This document shows, one piece after another, positions 35,061 through 46,137 of a stretch of DNA of 64,000 nt. The stretch's first letter is position 1. Each line of letters starts with the position of its first letter. The stretch is from a candidate division TM6 bacterium GW2011_GWF2_28_16 (GTDB lineage: Bacteria; Babelota; Babeliae; Babelales; UASB340). The notes below the pieces were generated by a model. It did no database searches. It was not told the DNA's origin and saw nothing but the letters and a program-made list of their open reading frames with translations. The stretch covers positions 23,797 through 87,796 of the forward strand of contig LBNX01000004.1 in the NCBI GenBank assembly GCA_000989185.1, written 5' to 3'. The position numbers were made by a program, and so were the translations under genes.

Positions 35061-35097
35061 AGCCGGGTTTTATCCCGGCTTTATTCTTTCATTAATT
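35044..35097. terminator. perfect 24-bp-stem palindrome overlapping the pepP stop (probable bidirectional terminator)
   Basis: AATTAATGAAAGAATAAAGCCGGG-ttttat-CCCGGCTTTATTCTTTCATTAATT. The left arm includes the last four pepP codons (LMKE) and the TAA. Confidence 0.6.
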
Positions 35098-35110
35098 AGA
35101 TTGAGTGCTA

Positions 35111-36139
35111 TTAATTATATAAAGATGTTTCTAGTTCTTTAGCTATATTAAGTTTTATTTCTGAATTAAAGAAATTTTGATCTAATTTTTCTAAATAATC
35201 TATAGCTTCTTTATTAAGAATTTCTTTTAATTGTCCTAGTCCACAACTTTTTAATCTTTTTTTACGTTCATCAGATTTAAGATAAAATGATTCGTCACTA
35301 TAAATGTATTCAAACATACTACCGCTGATTCCATCCAACTGTGTATCTGTACAAATTATTTGTTTTTTATTGCCATTTATTTTTAAATACATATTACTAA
35401 AATCGTTTATTTGCCATAAATAACATTCTGTAATTAATATTCTTATTGTTAAAAGCATTTGTAAATCATCAATATTTTTTTCTGGTTCTAAGTTTTGAAA
35501 ATTTATTTTATTATTATCAGGAGATGGTAATTCTGGTACAAAAGAAGAAATAATTAGATAGTTTTCATCTATTAATTCATCAGGTTGTCCAGGAATATGG
35601 TAGAACCATTTTTCTATAGGGAATACATTATTTAATTTTTTATCTTGAACTTGTTCATTGCCTAAAATTCTACTGATATTTTGATATTTTGAAGGCCATT
35701 TTGCTCCATTAATTTTTATTAAATATTCTGGCATTTCATTAAAACGCAGAATAAAACTACATGGTAAATTAAAAAATATATTAAGATTATATTTGGTTTT
35801 TAATTCTTCTAATGAATTTTTATAATCTTCTTTATTCCAGGACTCTCTTAAATTATTATTTTTATTTGTAATATCTTCTATTGTTTTGCCATACAATTCT
35901 TCTGTGCGTGGCTTATATTGTGGATATACTTTATCAGCCCTACTTAATATTATATATTCTCTTGAAAGAAATAATTTTTTAGCTGTTTCATTTTCGAATA
36001 AAGAATCTAATTTTTCTGTTATATCTTTTGGTGCTATATATTTTTTTATGAGCATTTCTTGCTCATTTTTAGTTAAATCAGCTTTAATATTTATAGATGA
36101 TAACATTGATATAAATGTTAATAATAAAATTTTTTTCAT
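35111..36139 (-). CDS. hypothetical secreted protein
   Basis: Start moved to the ATG at 36139, with GGAGG 5-6 nt upstream. Signal peptide MKKILLLTFISMLSSINIKA. No secure family assignment. Confidence 0.5.
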   Translation of the reverse strand: MKKILLLTFISMLSSINIKADLTKNEQEMLIKKYIAPKDITEKLDSLFENETAKKLFLSREYIILSRADKVYPQYKPRTEELYGKTIEDITNKNNNLRESWNKEDYKNSLEELKTKYNLNIFFNLPCSFILRFNEMPEYLIKINGAKWPSKYQNISRILGNEQVQDKKLNNVFPIEKWFYHIPGQPDELIDENYLIISSFVPELPSPDNNKINFQNLEPEKNIDDLQMLLTIRILITECYLWQINDFSNMYLKINGNKKQIICTDTQLDGISGSMFEYIYSDESFYLKSDERKKRLKSCGLGQLKEILNKEAIDYLEKLDQNFFNSEIKLNIAKELETSLYN

Positions 36140-36355
36140 AAAAACCTCCATTTTTAAAATTATATTAACCTAATAAATTTTAACTTTTATAATGTTTTGC
36201 ATCAAATGCAGATAGAAAAGAAGGCTACTTTTTAAACTAAAATGGCCTATTTTTTATAAAAACAGAGAAAATTTAAATTTTTTGATAAAAAGTTATAATA
36301 AAATATTATAAAAATATGCAAAAAACGTGATTTTTAAATTAAATCAGGAGAAAAT

Positions 36356-37999
36356 GTGGATAATATAAAGCTTCTAGAAAAAGTAAAAAAGCAAAAAACA
36401 AAATTTATTATAGTTACAGGTGGGGTTTGTTCATCTTTGGGTAAAGGTATTTTAGTATCCTCTTTGGGTGTACTTTTAAAAAATTCTGGATATACAGTAT
36501 CTGTTGCAAAATGGGATCCATATTTAAATGTTGATCCAGGAACAATGTCTCCATTAGTTCATGGTGAAGTTTTTGTTACAGATGATGGAGCAGAGACTGA
36601 TTTAGATTTAGGTCATTATGAACGTATTTTAGATATACGATTAAATAAAGATTCTTCTGTATCTTCGGGCCAAATATATCAAGAAGTTTTAAATGGTGAG
36701 CGTGAAGGCAAATATTTAGGCAAAGATATTCAAGTTATACCCGATGTTATAAATATTATAAAAAATAGATTATTTAATTTTGCCATAAACCATAATACAG
36801 ATTTTGTTTTAATAGAAATTGGTGGCACTGTAGGTGATATCGAAGGTGGTATTTTTTTAGAAGCAGTAAGACAAATAAAAATTGATTTAGATGAACATAA
36901 ATTAATGCATGCACATTTAAGTTTAGTGCCATATTTAGAATGGGCACACGAAATTAAAACAAAACCAACACAACATAGTGTTATAGCTTTAAAGCATTTG
37001 GGTCTTATACCTGATACACTTTTTTTAAGAACAGATTATCCAACAACAGATAAAATAAAAGAAAAGTTATCGATAGGTTGTGGTGTAAAAAAAGAATTAA
37101 TCTTTGATGCTTTAACAGTTAAAAATATTCCAGAAATATTTGTTAATTTAAATAATCAAGATGTAAATACTAGAATTCAAGAATTTTTTAATATCAAAAA
37201 AATTAAACAGGCAAATTTAAAAGATTGGCAAAATTTACTAAATATAATTAAGAGTGAAAAAAAGTTAGTTAATATTGCTCTTGTTGCTAAATACGTGGGC
37301 AATAATGACCCTTATATTAGTATTATAAAAGCCTTAGAATCTGCTGGTAATTATAATAAAGTTAAAATAAATCTAGAAATTCTTGAAGCCGAAAAGCTTG
37401 AAAAGTTAAGCGAAAAAGAAATAAAAAAAGTATTTAGTAAAATAGATGGCATAGTTGTTCCTGGTGGTTTTGACAAGCGTGGTATAGAAGGCAAAATTTT
37501 AGCTGCAAAATATGCCAGAGAAAATAATATCCCATATTTGGGATTATGTTTAGGTATGCAAATAATGCTTATAGAATTTGCAAGAAATATATTAAAATTA
37601 AAAGATGCATCTAGTACTGAATTTGATAAAAATACCAAAAATCCTGTTATATGCTTAATTGAAGAACAAAAAAATATAAAAAATAAGGGCGGGACTATGC
37701 GGCTTGGGGCATATAAGTGTGATTTATTATTAGGTAGTATGGCCCAAAAAATTTATAATAAAAAAGATATCTTAGAAAGACATAGACATAGATACGAGTT
37801 TAATAATAAATATAAAAAAGAGTTTGAAAATAAGGGTATAATATTCTCTGGAACTTATAAAAAAGAGAATTTAGTTGAAATTTCAGAAATAAAAGATCAT
37901 AAATTTATGATCGGCAGCCAGTTTCATCCTGAATTTTTATCAACGTTTTTGCATCCACATCCATTATTTAGAGAGTTTATAAAAGTGGCAAAAGAGTAA
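36356..37999 (+). CDS. pyrG: CTP synthase
   Basis: 547 aa with a GTG start after AGGAG. Has the N-terminal KFIIVTGGVCSSLGKG and the glutaminase motif GLCLGMQ. Confidence 0.95.
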   Translation: MDNIKLLEKVKKQKTKFIIVTGGVCSSLGKGILVSSLGVLLKNSGYTVSVAKWDPYLNVDPGTMSPLVHGEVFVTDDGAETDLDLGHYERILDIRLNKDSSVSSGQIYQEVLNGEREGKYLGKDIQVIPDVINIIKNRLFNFAINHNTDFVLIEIGGTVGDIEGGIFLEAVRQIKIDLDEHKLMHAHLSLVPYLEWAHEIKTKPTQHSVIALKHLGLIPDTLFLRTDYPTTDKIKEKLSIGCGVKKELIFDALTVKNIPEIFVNLNNQDVNTRIQEFFNIKKIKQANLKDWQNLLNIIKSEKKLVNIALVAKYVGNNDPYISIIKALESAGNYNKVKINLEILEAEKLEKLSEKEIKKVFSKIDGIVVPGGFDKRGIEGKILAAKYARENNIPYLGLCLGMQIMLIEFARNILKLKDASSTEFDKNTKNPVICLIEEQKNIKNKGGTMRLGAYKCDLLLGSMAQKIYNKKDILERHRHRYEFNNKYKKEFENKGIIFSGTYKKENLVEISEIKDHKFMIGSQFHPEFLSTFLHPHPLFREFIKVAKE

Positions 38000-38007
38000 A
38001 ATATTGT

Positions 38008-38036
38008 TTGACCTGATTGTTTTTTTAATTTAAACT
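38008..38036 (+). promoter_or_regulatory. candidate sigma70-type promoter for rplM
   Basis: TTGACC (38008-38013), 17-nt spacer, TAAACT (38031-38036). Pattern match only. Confidence 0.35.
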
Positions 38037-38079
38037 CAAAATTCGTTAAAACATTAGTAATTATAAAGGTTTAATAATC

Positions 38080-38517
38080 ATGGATATGAATAAAGCTTAT
38101 TTTGTTTCAAAGCAAACTGCAACTCCAAAGTGGCATGTTATCGATGCCAATGGTAAAATTTTGGGTCGTCTTGCAACACAGATAGCAGACATTTTAAGAG
38201 GTAAAGACAAAGTTACATATACCCCTCATGCAGATGGTGGAGATTATGTAGTTGTTATTAATTGCGAAAAGATAGTTTTGACCGGTAATAAATTAGAAGG
38301 CAAAATTTATCCATTCTTCTCTGGTTGGAGAAGTGGTTTAAAAGAAATAGCCGCAAAAGATATGATGGTCAAAAAACCAGAAAAAATAATAGAACTTGCA
38401 GTTAAAAGAATGTTGCCTAAAAATAAGTTAAGCGATAAAGTATTTACCAAATTAAAAGTTTACACAGGGGATAAGCATCCTCATGCTGCACAAATTGCAG
38501 GTTTTAAACCAGAATAG
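38080..38517 (+). CDS. rplM: 50S ribosomal protein L13
   Basis: 145 aa containing WHVIDANGKILGRLATQIA. Confidence 0.9.
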   Translation: MDMNKAYFVSKQTATPKWHVIDANGKILGRLATQIADILRGKDKVTYTPHADGGDYVVVINCEKIVLTGNKLEGKIYPFFSGWRSGLKEIAAKDMMVKKPEKIIELAVKRMLPKNKLSDKVFTKLKVYTGDKHPHAAQIAGFKPE

Positions 38518-38547
38518 TTAAATATTTTATTAAATTAAAAATAAACA

Positions 38548-38586
38548 AAAAAAGCAGGATAGTTTTACACGATCCTGCTTTTTTTA
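38548..38586 (+). terminator. rho-independent terminator after rplM
   Basis: AAAGCAGGAT-agttttacacg-ATCCTGCTTT followed by a T-run. Confidence 0.75.
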
Positions 38587-38601
38587 TTGGGTATATTAAT
38601 T

Positions 38602-39474
38602 ATGTTTGAACGTACTATAAACAAAAAAATAGAATTTAGTGGTATTGGAGTTCATACAGGATTAAAGACTACTGTTGCTTTAGATCCTGCTCCAGCTGGG
38701 CACGGAATAGTTTTTGTAAATCCAAAATTTGCGCAAGAATGTATAAAATTGGGTACAGTAATTCCTGAAATTGCATTGCATGCATCTGTTTTAAAATCTA
38801 AGTCTTATATAATTAGTACAATAGAGCATTTAATGGCAGCTATTAATGCTTTTAAAATAGATAATATTTTAATAGAAATTTCTGGCATTGAAGTGCCTAT
38901 ATTAGATGGTAGTAGTATAAATTTTGTTAATTTGATTAATAATGCAGGCATAAAAGAGTTAGAAGCAAAAAAAACGTATTTAACTCCAGTAAAAACTTTA
39001 TATTTTAAAGATGAAAAAAGTGATAGAGAAATTATTATTGAGCCTGCTAATTTCGATAAAGAAACAAATAGTTTTGATACAAATTTATATTTTGATTATT
39101 TTGCTGAATTTGAGCATGCATTGGTTGGCAAAAGTTCTATTGTGGGCGAATTTAATATAGATTTTTTTGAGCACGAAATAGCTCCAGCTAGAACATTTGG
39201 ATTTTTAGAGCAGTTACCATATTTAAGAAGCAAAGGCTTGGCCAAAGGTACATCTTTGGGAAATACTGTTGTAATTGGCGAAGATGAATATCTAAATGAG
39301 CCTAGATTTGAAAATGAATTTGTACGGCATAAATTATTAGACTTATTGGGTGATATTGGTTTGCTTGGTAAAAATTTAGCTGGAAAAATAGTTGCAAAAA
39401 AGACAGGTCATAGTTTTAATAGGCTTGTTGTTCAAGATTATATAAATAACCCAGAGAACTGGAAGTTGATATAA
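38602..39474 (+). CDS. lpxC: UDP-3-O-acyl-N-acetylglucosamine deacetylase
   Basis: Start at the ATG at 38602 (MFERTINKKIEFSGIGVHTG). EFVRHKLLDLLGD is the LpxC signature. Confidence 0.9.
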   Translation: MFERTINKKIEFSGIGVHTGLKTTVALDPAPAGHGIVFVNPKFAQECIKLGTVIPEIALHASVLKSKSYIISTIEHLMAAINAFKIDNILIEISGIEVPILDGSSINFVNLINNAGIKELEAKKTYLTPVKTLYFKDEKSDREIIIEPANFDKETNSFDTNLYFDYFAEFEHALVGKSSIVGEFNIDFFEHEIAPARTFGFLEQLPYLRSKGLAKGTSLGNTVVIGEDEYLNEPRFENEFVRHKLLDLLGDIGLLGKNLAGKIVAKKTGHSFNRLVVQDYINNPENWKLI

Positions 39475-39482
39475 AAAATGTG

Positions 39483-39543
39483 GTAGCCCAGCGATGTCCG
39501 TCGAAGCCTGTGGCGAAGACTGGATGCGCAAGCGCTGGGCTAC
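39483..39543. repeat. GC-rich clamp hairpin containing a module B-like core, between convergent lpxC and rseP
   Basis: GTAGCCCAGCG (39483-39493) pairs with CGCTGGGCTAC (39533-39543), 11/11. The interior TGTCCGTCGAAGCCTGTGGCGAAGACTGGATGC resembles module B TGTCCATCGAAGCCTTGGCGAAGTTGGAAGC. Confidence 0.65.
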
Positions 39544-39560
39544 ATGATAACTTATATTAG

Positions 39561-40670
39561 CTATTTAACAAAAATATTTAAAATATCTTTATAAGTTAAG
39601 TATAAAATTAAACTTAATAACAAAACCCAAGATGCAATATTGATCGAAGCTTTTATAATTTCTGGAATTTCACGTCTTATTACAGCTTCTATGCCAGCAA
39701 ATAAAAGTTGGCCGCCATCAAGTGCGCCTAATGGTAATATATTAATTATTGCTAAATTTATACTTATAAAAGCTAAAAATAATAATAATGGTATAAAACC
39801 CTTTTGAGCTGTCTCAAATGTTTTTGAAAGTATCATGATTGGGCCGCCGGCACCACTTAGGCTTTTTGATTTTATTAAGTAAATTATGCCCATGAACATT
39901 TGTTTGATCCAGTTATTGGTTGTCTCGATGCCTTTAATTACAGAATCTATTAAATTATACTTTTCGAATTCTCCTGGAATATCTTGTGATTTAAGTTCTA
40001 ATAATTTTAAAATATTTTCACTTGATTCTTTATCTTGTGAAGATACTGTTATATTTATATTTTTATTATCTCTTAAAATTACAAGTTGAATAGAATCTTT
40101 TTGTAATTTATTAAGTGGAATAATTAACTGTTCTTTAAGTATTTTAAGTGCATTATTTGGCTCAGGGCTTAATTCCTGATTATTTATAGATATAATTTGG
40201 TCTTTTGCCTGTAAATTAAATGTTTGGGCTATTTGGGAGTATTTTTTTTGTTCTGTGATTAATATAGTTACAGATTTTTTTGGTATACCAACAAAAAATA
40301 AGCTTGAATATACTATATATGCAAATAATAGGTTAAAAACAACGCCACCAGTTAAAACAAAAAACTTTTGCCAAAATGGTTTTTGAGCAAAAGAGCCTTC
40401 ACCTGTTAAGGTTGCCATTTTTTGCTCGCCCTGACCAACTTCAGAAAGCCCTGCAATTTCTACATATCCGCCAATTGGTATTAAAGATAGCCTAAAATTA
40501 GTTTGACCTATCTTGCGTTCTAGAATTTTGGGGCCCATTCCAATAGAAAATGTTGGTGTATTAATATTAAATATTTTACAAAATATAAAGTGTCCAAATT
40601 CATGTACTGTTATTAATAGACCAAAGCCGATAAGTGCGTATAATAATGCGAATACATTGTTTGTTATCAT
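39561..40670 (-). CDS. rseP: RIP metalloprotease RseP (M50 site-2 protease)
   Basis: 369 aa with HEFGHF in TM1, a central PDZ-like region, and a C-terminal LPLGALDGG motif. Confidence 0.85.
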   Translation of the reverse strand: MITNNVFALLYALIGFGLLITVHEFGHFIFCKIFNINTPTFSIGMGPKILERKIGQTNFRLSLIPIGGYVEIAGLSEVGQGEQKMATLTGEGSFAQKPFWQKFFVLTGGVVFNLLFAYIVYSSLFFVGIPKKSVTILITEQKKYSQIAQTFNLQAKDQIISINNQELSPEPNNALKILKEQLIIPLNKLQKDSIQLVILRDNKNINITVSSQDKESSENILKLLELKSQDIPGEFEKYNLIDSVIKGIETTNNWIKQMFMGIIYLIKSKSLSGAGGPIMILSKTFETAQKGFIPLLLFLAFISINLAIINILPLGALDGGQLLFAGIEAVIRREIPEIIKASINIASWVLLLSLILYLTYKDILNIFVK

Positions 40671-40969
40671 AAATTCTCCCGAAAAATATTAAAAGTTTTT
40701 TATAAATTTTTTTATATTTAAGTAAAGTATATACTTTTTTTGTTAGTTTTGCTTGAAAAAAAATAAATAAAATATAAAATTATATCTGCTATTAGTTCAT
40801 TTTTGAGCACGTAAATCTTTATTTTTTGTTAAAGTAAAAGAAAATTTTATAAAAAAATTTAAAATTTTGGTGTGCTACACAGCAGGAATTGTGTATGAAT
40901 TAATCGCTGTATTTAATTGGTTTTTATTAATTTATTAATTTTTAGGTTAGATATTGTAGGAAAGATTTT

Positions 40970-41350
40970 ATGCCAACAATTAATCAGCTAGTCCGTTCAA
41001 AGCGTACAGCACCAAAGTATAAAACAAAATCACCAGCTTTGAATGGTGCCCCTCAAAAAAGAGGCGTTTGTGTTCGTGTATATACAGTGACACCAAAAAA
41101 ACCAAACTCAGCATTACGTAAAGTTGCTCGTGTAAAATTGGTATCAGGCAAAGAGGTTACAGCATATATCCCAGGTGAAGGCCATAATTTGCAAGAACAC
41201 TCTGTTGTTCTTATTCGTGGTGGCAGGGTAAAAGACTTGCCTGGTGTAAAATATCATATTATTCGTGGTGTTCTTGATACTCAAGGTGTTGCAAATAGAG
41301 CACAAAGTAGATCTTTGTATGGTGCTAAGCGTAAGAAAGGTGGTGCATAA
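40970..41350 (+). CDS. rpsL: 30S ribosomal protein S12
   Basis: MPTINQLVR... and [10 protein letters not shown]. Confidence 0.95.
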   Translation: MPTINQLVRSKRTAPKYKTKSPALNGAPQKRGVCVRVYTVTPKKPNSALRKVARVKLVSGKEVTAYIPGEGHNLQEHSVVLIRGGRVKDLPGVKYHIIRGVLDTQGVANRAQSRSLYGAKRKKGGA

Positions 41351-41829
41351 TGCCTAGACGTAAGTCGGTTAATGCAATCAGAGAAATAGGAACTGATTCA
41401 AGATTTAATTCATATGTTGTTCAAAAATTAATAAATATGATTATGGAGCGTGGTAAAAAAGATTTAGCCCGTTCTATAGTATATCAAGCATTTGATATAG
41501 TTTCAGAAAAAGTTGGCGGCGAAGATAAGGCTTATGCTGCTTTTGAAAAAGCAATTACTTCAATAAAACCATCAGTAGAGGTTAAGTCTAGAAGAGTTGG
41601 TGGCGGTGTTTATCAAATTCCAACAGAAGTTCGTCCAAGAAGAGCATTGGCTCTTGCAATGCGTTGGTTGATTGAGTCTGCTTCAGAGCGCTCAGATAAA
41701 ACTATGGGACAACGTTTAGCTGTTGAAATTTTAGAAGCATCCCAGGGTAGAGGTAATGCGTTTAAAAAACGTGCAGACGTTCATAGAATGGCAGAAGCAA
41801 ATAGAGCTTTCTCTCATTATGCTTGGTAA
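41350..41829 (+). CDS. rpsG: 30S ribosomal protein S7
   Basis: 159 aa. TAATG overlap with rpsL. Ends ...ANRAFSHYAW. Confidence 0.95.
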   Translation: MPRRKSVNAIREIGTDSRFNSYVVQKLINMIMERGKKDLARSIVYQAFDIVSEKVGGEDKAYAAFEKAITSIKPSVEVKSRRVGGGVYQIPTEVRPRRALALAMRWLIESASERSDKTMGQRLAVEILEASQGRGNAFKKRADVHRMAEANRAFSHYAW

Positions 41830-41841
41830 TTGGGGGTTTTA

Positions 41842-43917
41842 ATGAGTGATATTAAAGTTGATTTAAAAAGATATAGAAATATGGGCATTATGGCTCATAT
41901 AGATGCCGGCAAAACTACAGTTTCAGAACGAATTTTGTTTTATACTGGTGTTTCGCATAAAATAGGTGAAGTTCACGAAGGCGCTGCCATAATGGACTGG
42001 ATGGAGCAGGAACAAGAGCGTGGAATTACAATTACATCTGCTGCAACAACCTGTTTTTGGAAAGATCATAGAATAAATTTAATAGACACTCCGGGCCACG
42101 TGGATTTTACTATAGAAGTAGAAAGATCTTTACGTGTTTTGGATGGTTGCGTTGCAGTATTTTGTGGCGTAGGTGGTGTTGAGCCTCAATCAGAAACTGT
42201 TTGGCGTCAAGCTGACAGATATAAAGTTCCAAGATTAGCTTTTGTTAATAAATTAGATAGAATTGGCGCAGATTATTTTTCCGTAGTAGGTGAAGTAGAA
42301 TCTAAATTGCATGGTAATCCATTGGCAATGCAAATTCCTGTGGGCCAATCTGAAGATTTTTATGGAATAATAGATTTGATAACTCAAAAAATGGCTACTT
42401 TTGATGAAGAATCAAAAGGTTCTAAAGTAAATTGGGTAGAGATTCCAGAAGAATTTAGAGAAAAAGCTACAGAATTACGTTCTCACGTTGTAGAAAGAGC
42501 TTGTGATTTTGACGATCAATTGGCAGAAGATTATTTAGATGGAAAAGAAATTTCTATAGAAAGAATTAAAGCAGCTCTTAGAAAAGGTGTTTTAGATCAA
42601 AAAGTAACCCCAGTTTTTTGTGGTTCAGCATTTAAAAACAAAGGCGTACAGTTGTTATTGGATGCCGTAGTTGATTATTTGCCATCACCATTGGATGTTC
42701 CAGCTATTGAAGGAACAAATCCAGATACAGATGCAAAAGAATTTCGTAAAGCAGATTCAAATGAGCCTTTCAGCGCCTTGGCATTTAAGATTATGACAGA
42801 TCCATTTGTAGGATCTTTAACATTTACAAGAATTTATTCAGGACATTTGGAAGCTGGCTCTTATATTTATAACTCATCAAAAGGCAAAAAAGAGCGTGTA
42901 AGTAGATTAGTTAAAATGCATGCAAATAAACGAGAAGAAGTTGATGCTGTTACTGCTGGTGATATTGTTGCGGTTGTTGGTGTAAAAGATGTAACAACTG
43001 GTGATACGTTTTGTGATGAAAATCATCCAATATTATTAGAATCAATACAATTTCCAGAACCAGTTGTTAGCGTTGCAATAGAACCTAAGGGTAAAGGCGA
43101 TTATGAAAAGATGACAATTGCGTTAAGAAAATTAATGCAAGAAGATCCATCTTTTAGATTTACATTTAATAATGAAACTGGTCAGACAGTTATTTCTGGA
43201 ATGGGTGAATTGCATCTAGAAATTATTGTTGATCGAATGCTTAGAGAACATAAAGTTGAAGCAAATGTAGGTAAGCCTCAGGTTGCATTTAAAGAAACAA
43301 TTCAAGCAACAGCGCAAGCTCAAGGTAAATTTATTCGTCAGTCTGGCGGTAGAGGCCAATACGGAGACGTATGGCTTAACGTTATGCCTTTAGAGCGTGG
43401 TACTGGGTTTCAGTTTGCTAATAAAGTTGTTGGTGGTACTATTCCAAAAGAATATATTCCTGCAATAGAAAAGGGTGTAAACGAAGCTTTAACTACTGGT
43501 GTTTTGGCAGGGTATCCTGTTGTAGATATGAGAGTTGAAGTATTTGATGGATCTTTTCACGAAGTTGACTCTTCAGAAATAGCATTTAAGATAGCAGCTT
43601 CTATGGCATTTAAAGATGCTGTAAAAAGTGCTTCCCCTGTAATTTTGGAACCAATTTTTAAAATAGAAGTTGTTACTCCAGAAGAATACATGGGTGATGT
43701 TATGGGAGATTTAAACTCTAGACGAGGAAAAATTTTAGGAATGGAAGAGCGTAAAGGTGTTCAGATAATTTCAGCTCATGTTCCATTGGCTGAGATGTTT
43801 GGTTACACTACAGATTTGCGTTCTATGACTAAAGGTAGAGCAAGTTCTTCTATGCAATTTGAAGTTTACAAGGAAGTTCCTAGAAACGTTCAAGATGCAA
43901 TAGTAAATAGTAAGTAA
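41842..43917 (+). CDS. fusA: elongation factor G
   Basis: Start at the ATG at 41842, after GGGGG. Contains AHIDAGKTT and DTPGHVDF. The TTG extension in the ORF track is rejected. Confidence 0.95.
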   Translation: MSDIKVDLKRYRNMGIMAHIDAGKTTVSERILFYTGVSHKIGEVHEGAAIMDWMEQEQERGITITSAATTCFWKDHRINLIDTPGHVDFTIEVERSLRVLDGCVAVFCGVGGVEPQSETVWRQADRYKVPRLAFVNKLDRIGADYFSVVGEVESKLHGNPLAMQIPVGQSEDFYGIIDLITQKMATFDEESKGSKVNWVEIPEEFREKATELRSHVVERACDFDDQLAEDYLDGKEISIERIKAALRKGVLDQKVTPVFCGSAFKNKGVQLLLDAVVDYLPSPLDVPAIEGTNPDTDAKEFRKADSNEPFSALAFKIMTDPFVGSLTFTRIYSGHLEAGSYIYNSSKGKKERVSRLVKMHANKREEVDAVTAGDIVAVVGVKDVTTGDTFCDENHPILLESIQFPEPVVSVAIEPKGKGDYEKMTIALRKLMQEDPSFRFTFNNETGQTVISGMGELHLEIIVDRMLREHKVEANVGKPQVAFKETIQATAQAQGKFIRQSGGRGQYGDVWLNVMPLERGTGFQFANKVVGGTIPKEYIPAIEKGVNEALTTGVLAGYPVVDMRVEVFDGSFHEVDSSEIAFKIAASMAFKDAVKSASPVILEPIFKIEVVTPEEYMGDVMGDLNSRRGKILGMEERKGVQIISAHVPLAEMFGYTTDLRSMTKGRASSSMQFEVYKEVPRNVQDAIVNSK

Positions 43918-43965
43918 TAAATAGTAGTTTGTGGGTAAATTTTAGACACATAAAGGATATACAAA

Positions 43966-45156
43966 ATGGCAAAAGGTATATTTGAAAGAAAAAAACCGCA
44001 TTGTAATATTGGTACAATAGGTCACGTTGACCACGGTAAGACATCTTTGACTGCTGCAATAACAAAATATTTAGCATCAAAGGGTTTAGCAAATTTTAGA
44101 GCATTCGATCAAATCGATAACGCTCCAGAAGAAAAAGCTAGAGGTATTACAATTGCAGTATCTCACGTAGAATACGAAACAGAAAAAAGACACTATGCAC
44201 ACGTAGACTGTCCAGGCCACGCTGACTATGTTAAAAACATGATCACCGGTGCGGCTCAAATGGATGGTGCAATATTGGTAGTATCAGCATCTGATGGACC
44301 AATGCCTCAAACAAGAGAGCATATTATTTTGGCTAGACAGGTTGGTGTTCCTGCTATAGTCGTCTTTTTAAATAAAGTTGACATGGTTGATGATGAAGGA
44401 TTAATCGAACTTGTAGAAGAAGAAGTAAGAGATCTTTTATCACAATATGGTTTCCCTGGTAAGGATATTCCTATTATCAGAGGTTCAGCATTAAAAGTTT
44501 TAGAAGGCGATACATCAGAAATAGGTGCACCATCAATTCAAAGATTAATGGATGCAGTTGATAGCTATATTCCAACACCAACAAGAGATTTAGATAAAGC
44601 ATTCTTGATGCCAGTAGAAGACGTATTTTCTATTTCTGGTAGAGGTACAGTTGCTACAGGTCGTGTAGAACGTGGTGTTGTCAAATTAGGTGAAGAAGTA
44701 GAAATTGTAGGCTTTAAAGATACAGTTAAAACAGCTATCACCGGTATCGAAATGTTTAACAAAGAGCTTAAAGATGCTCAACCAGGCGATAACGTAGGTA
44801 TATTGCTTCGTGGTGTTAAAAAAGAAGATATTGAAAGAGGTCAAGTTATTGCTAAAGTTGGTTCAATAACTCCTCATAAAAAATTTAAGGCTAAAATTGT
44901 TACATTAACCAAAGATGAAGGTGGAAGACATACCCCATTCTTTGATGGTTATAGACCACAATTTTACTTTAGAACAACAGACGTAACAGGAAATATTGCT
45001 TTACCTGCAGGTAGAGAAATGGTTATGCCTGGTGACGAAGTTGAAGTAACAGTTCAGCTTGTAAGCAAAATAGCTATGGATAAAGAGCTAAAGTTTGCTG
45101 TTCGTGAAGGCGGAAGAACTGTTGGTGCTGGTATTGTTACTGAAATTATAGAATAA
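43966..45156 (+). CDS. tuf: elongation factor Tu
   Basis: 396 aa with [17 protein letters not shown] and NKVD. Confidence 0.97.
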   Translation: MAKGIFERKKPHCNIGTIGHVDHGKTSLTAAITKYLASKGLANFRAFDQIDNAPEEKARGITIAVSHVEYETEKRHYAHVDCPGHADYVKNMITGAAQMDGAILVVSASDGPMPQTREHIILARQVGVPAIVVFLNKVDMVDDEGLIELVEEEVRDLLSQYGFPGKDIPIIRGSALKVLEGDTSEIGAPSIQRLMDAVDSYIPTPTRDLDKAFLMPVEDVFSISGRGTVATGRVERGVVKLGEEVEIVGFKDTVKTAITGIEMFNKELKDAQPGDNVGILLRGVKKEDIERGQVIAKVGSITPHKKFKAKIVTLTKDEGGRHTPFFDGYRPQFYFRTTDVTGNIALPAGREMVMPGDEVEVTVQLVSKIAMDKELKFAVREGGRTVGAGIVTEIIE

Positions 45157-45173
45157 AATATTTGAGTTTGTTA

Positions 45174-45479
45174 ATGAAAAAACAGAAAATACGTTTGACA
45201 TTAAAGTCTTATGACCATCGTTTATTAGATAGTGCTGTTAAGCAAATAGTATTGACTGTAAAAAGAACGGGGTCCCAGTTATTGGGGCCTGTTCCTCTTC
45301 CAAACAGGAAGCAGTGTTTTACAGTATTAAAGTCTCCTCATATAGATAAGAAAGCTAGAGAACAGTTTGAGTTGACAACACATAAGCGTATTTTAGACAT
45401 AATATCACCGTCTGAACAAACAATGGACGCTCTTATGAAATTGAATATTTCTGCAGGCGTTGATGTCGAAATTAAATAA
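45174..45479 (+). CDS. rpsJ: 30S ribosomal protein S10
   Basis: Start at the ATG at 45174 ([19 protein letters not shown]). Confidence 0.93.
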   Translation: MKKQKIRLTLKSYDHRLLDSAVKQIVLTVKRTGSQLLGPVPLPNRKQCFTVLKSPHIDKKAREQFELTTHKRILDIISPSEQTMDALMKLNISAGVDVEIK

Positions 45480-45502
45480 GAATTAGAACAAGAGGCTGTA
45501 TA

Positions 45503-46132
45503 ATGCTAAGTAGTTTTTTTGGCAAAAAGATTGGAATGACTCAAATTTTTACAGAAGACGGAAATGTTCTTCCTGTTACAGTGGTAGATGCTGCAAATTG
45601 GTTTGTTACTCAAATTAAAACATCCAAAACAGATGGCTACAGTGCTGTGCAGCTAGGATTATTAAAGAAAAAATATGAGTCTGAGACTTTAGGCGCAAAT
45701 TGGGTAAATAATAAAAATAACTATTGTTATTTTTTCAAAGAGGTTCGTGTAAACGAATCAGATTTAGGTAATTTTAAATTAGGCCAAAAAATTGGTCTTG
45801 AAAATACTCTTTTATCCGAAAAAGATATTGTCAAAGTTACTGGTAAGAGTAAAGGTTTAGGGTTCCAGGGTGTTGTAAAACGTTGGGGCTTTTCAGGCGG
45901 ACCAAGTGGTCACGGCTCTACATTTCATAGAATTCCTGGCTCTATTGGTAATATGCGCTCTCAAGGTGAAGTTTTAAAAGGTAAAAAATTGCCTGGTCAT
46001 GCTGGTGATAGAACTTTTACTATAAAAAATTTAGAAATAGTTAAAATAGATAAAGATGGCAATGTTTTATTTATCAAAGGCGCTGTCCCTGGTAAAAAAG
46101 AATCATTGGTCTTTATTAGCAGACAAGGGTAA
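45503..46132 (+). CDS. rplC: 50S ribosomal protein L3
   Basis: [10 protein letters not shown] and [10 protein letters not shown]. Confidence 0.93.
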   Translation: MLSSFFGKKIGMTQIFTEDGNVLPVTVVDAANWFVTQIKTSKTDGYSAVQLGLLKKKYESETLGANWVNNKNNYCYFFKEVRVNESDLGNFKLGQKIGLENTLLSEKDIVKVTGKSKGLGFQGVVKRWGFSGGPSGHGSTFHRIPGSIGNMRSQGEVLKGKKLPGHAGDRTFTIKNLEIVKIDKDGNVLFIKGAVPGKKESLVFISRQG

Positions 46133-46137
46133 TTTTT

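Noticed and set aside
35111-36139. Possible atypical kinase fold in the secreted 342-aa protein (YLIKING..., INDFSNMYL, ICTDTQ resembling a catalytic loop and DFG-like motif).
   Set aside because: The motif spacing does not match any kinase family I can name with confidence. It is left as hypothetical pending profile and structure searches.
40753-40780. A promoter for the ribosomal cluster (TTGAAA, 16 nt, TAAAAT), and similar hexamer matches upstream of pyrG and the M41-like gene.
   Set aside because: In DNA this AT-rich, such hexamer pairs arise by chance at high frequency. Only the two best-spaced candidates (1692, 38008) were listed, and at low confidence.
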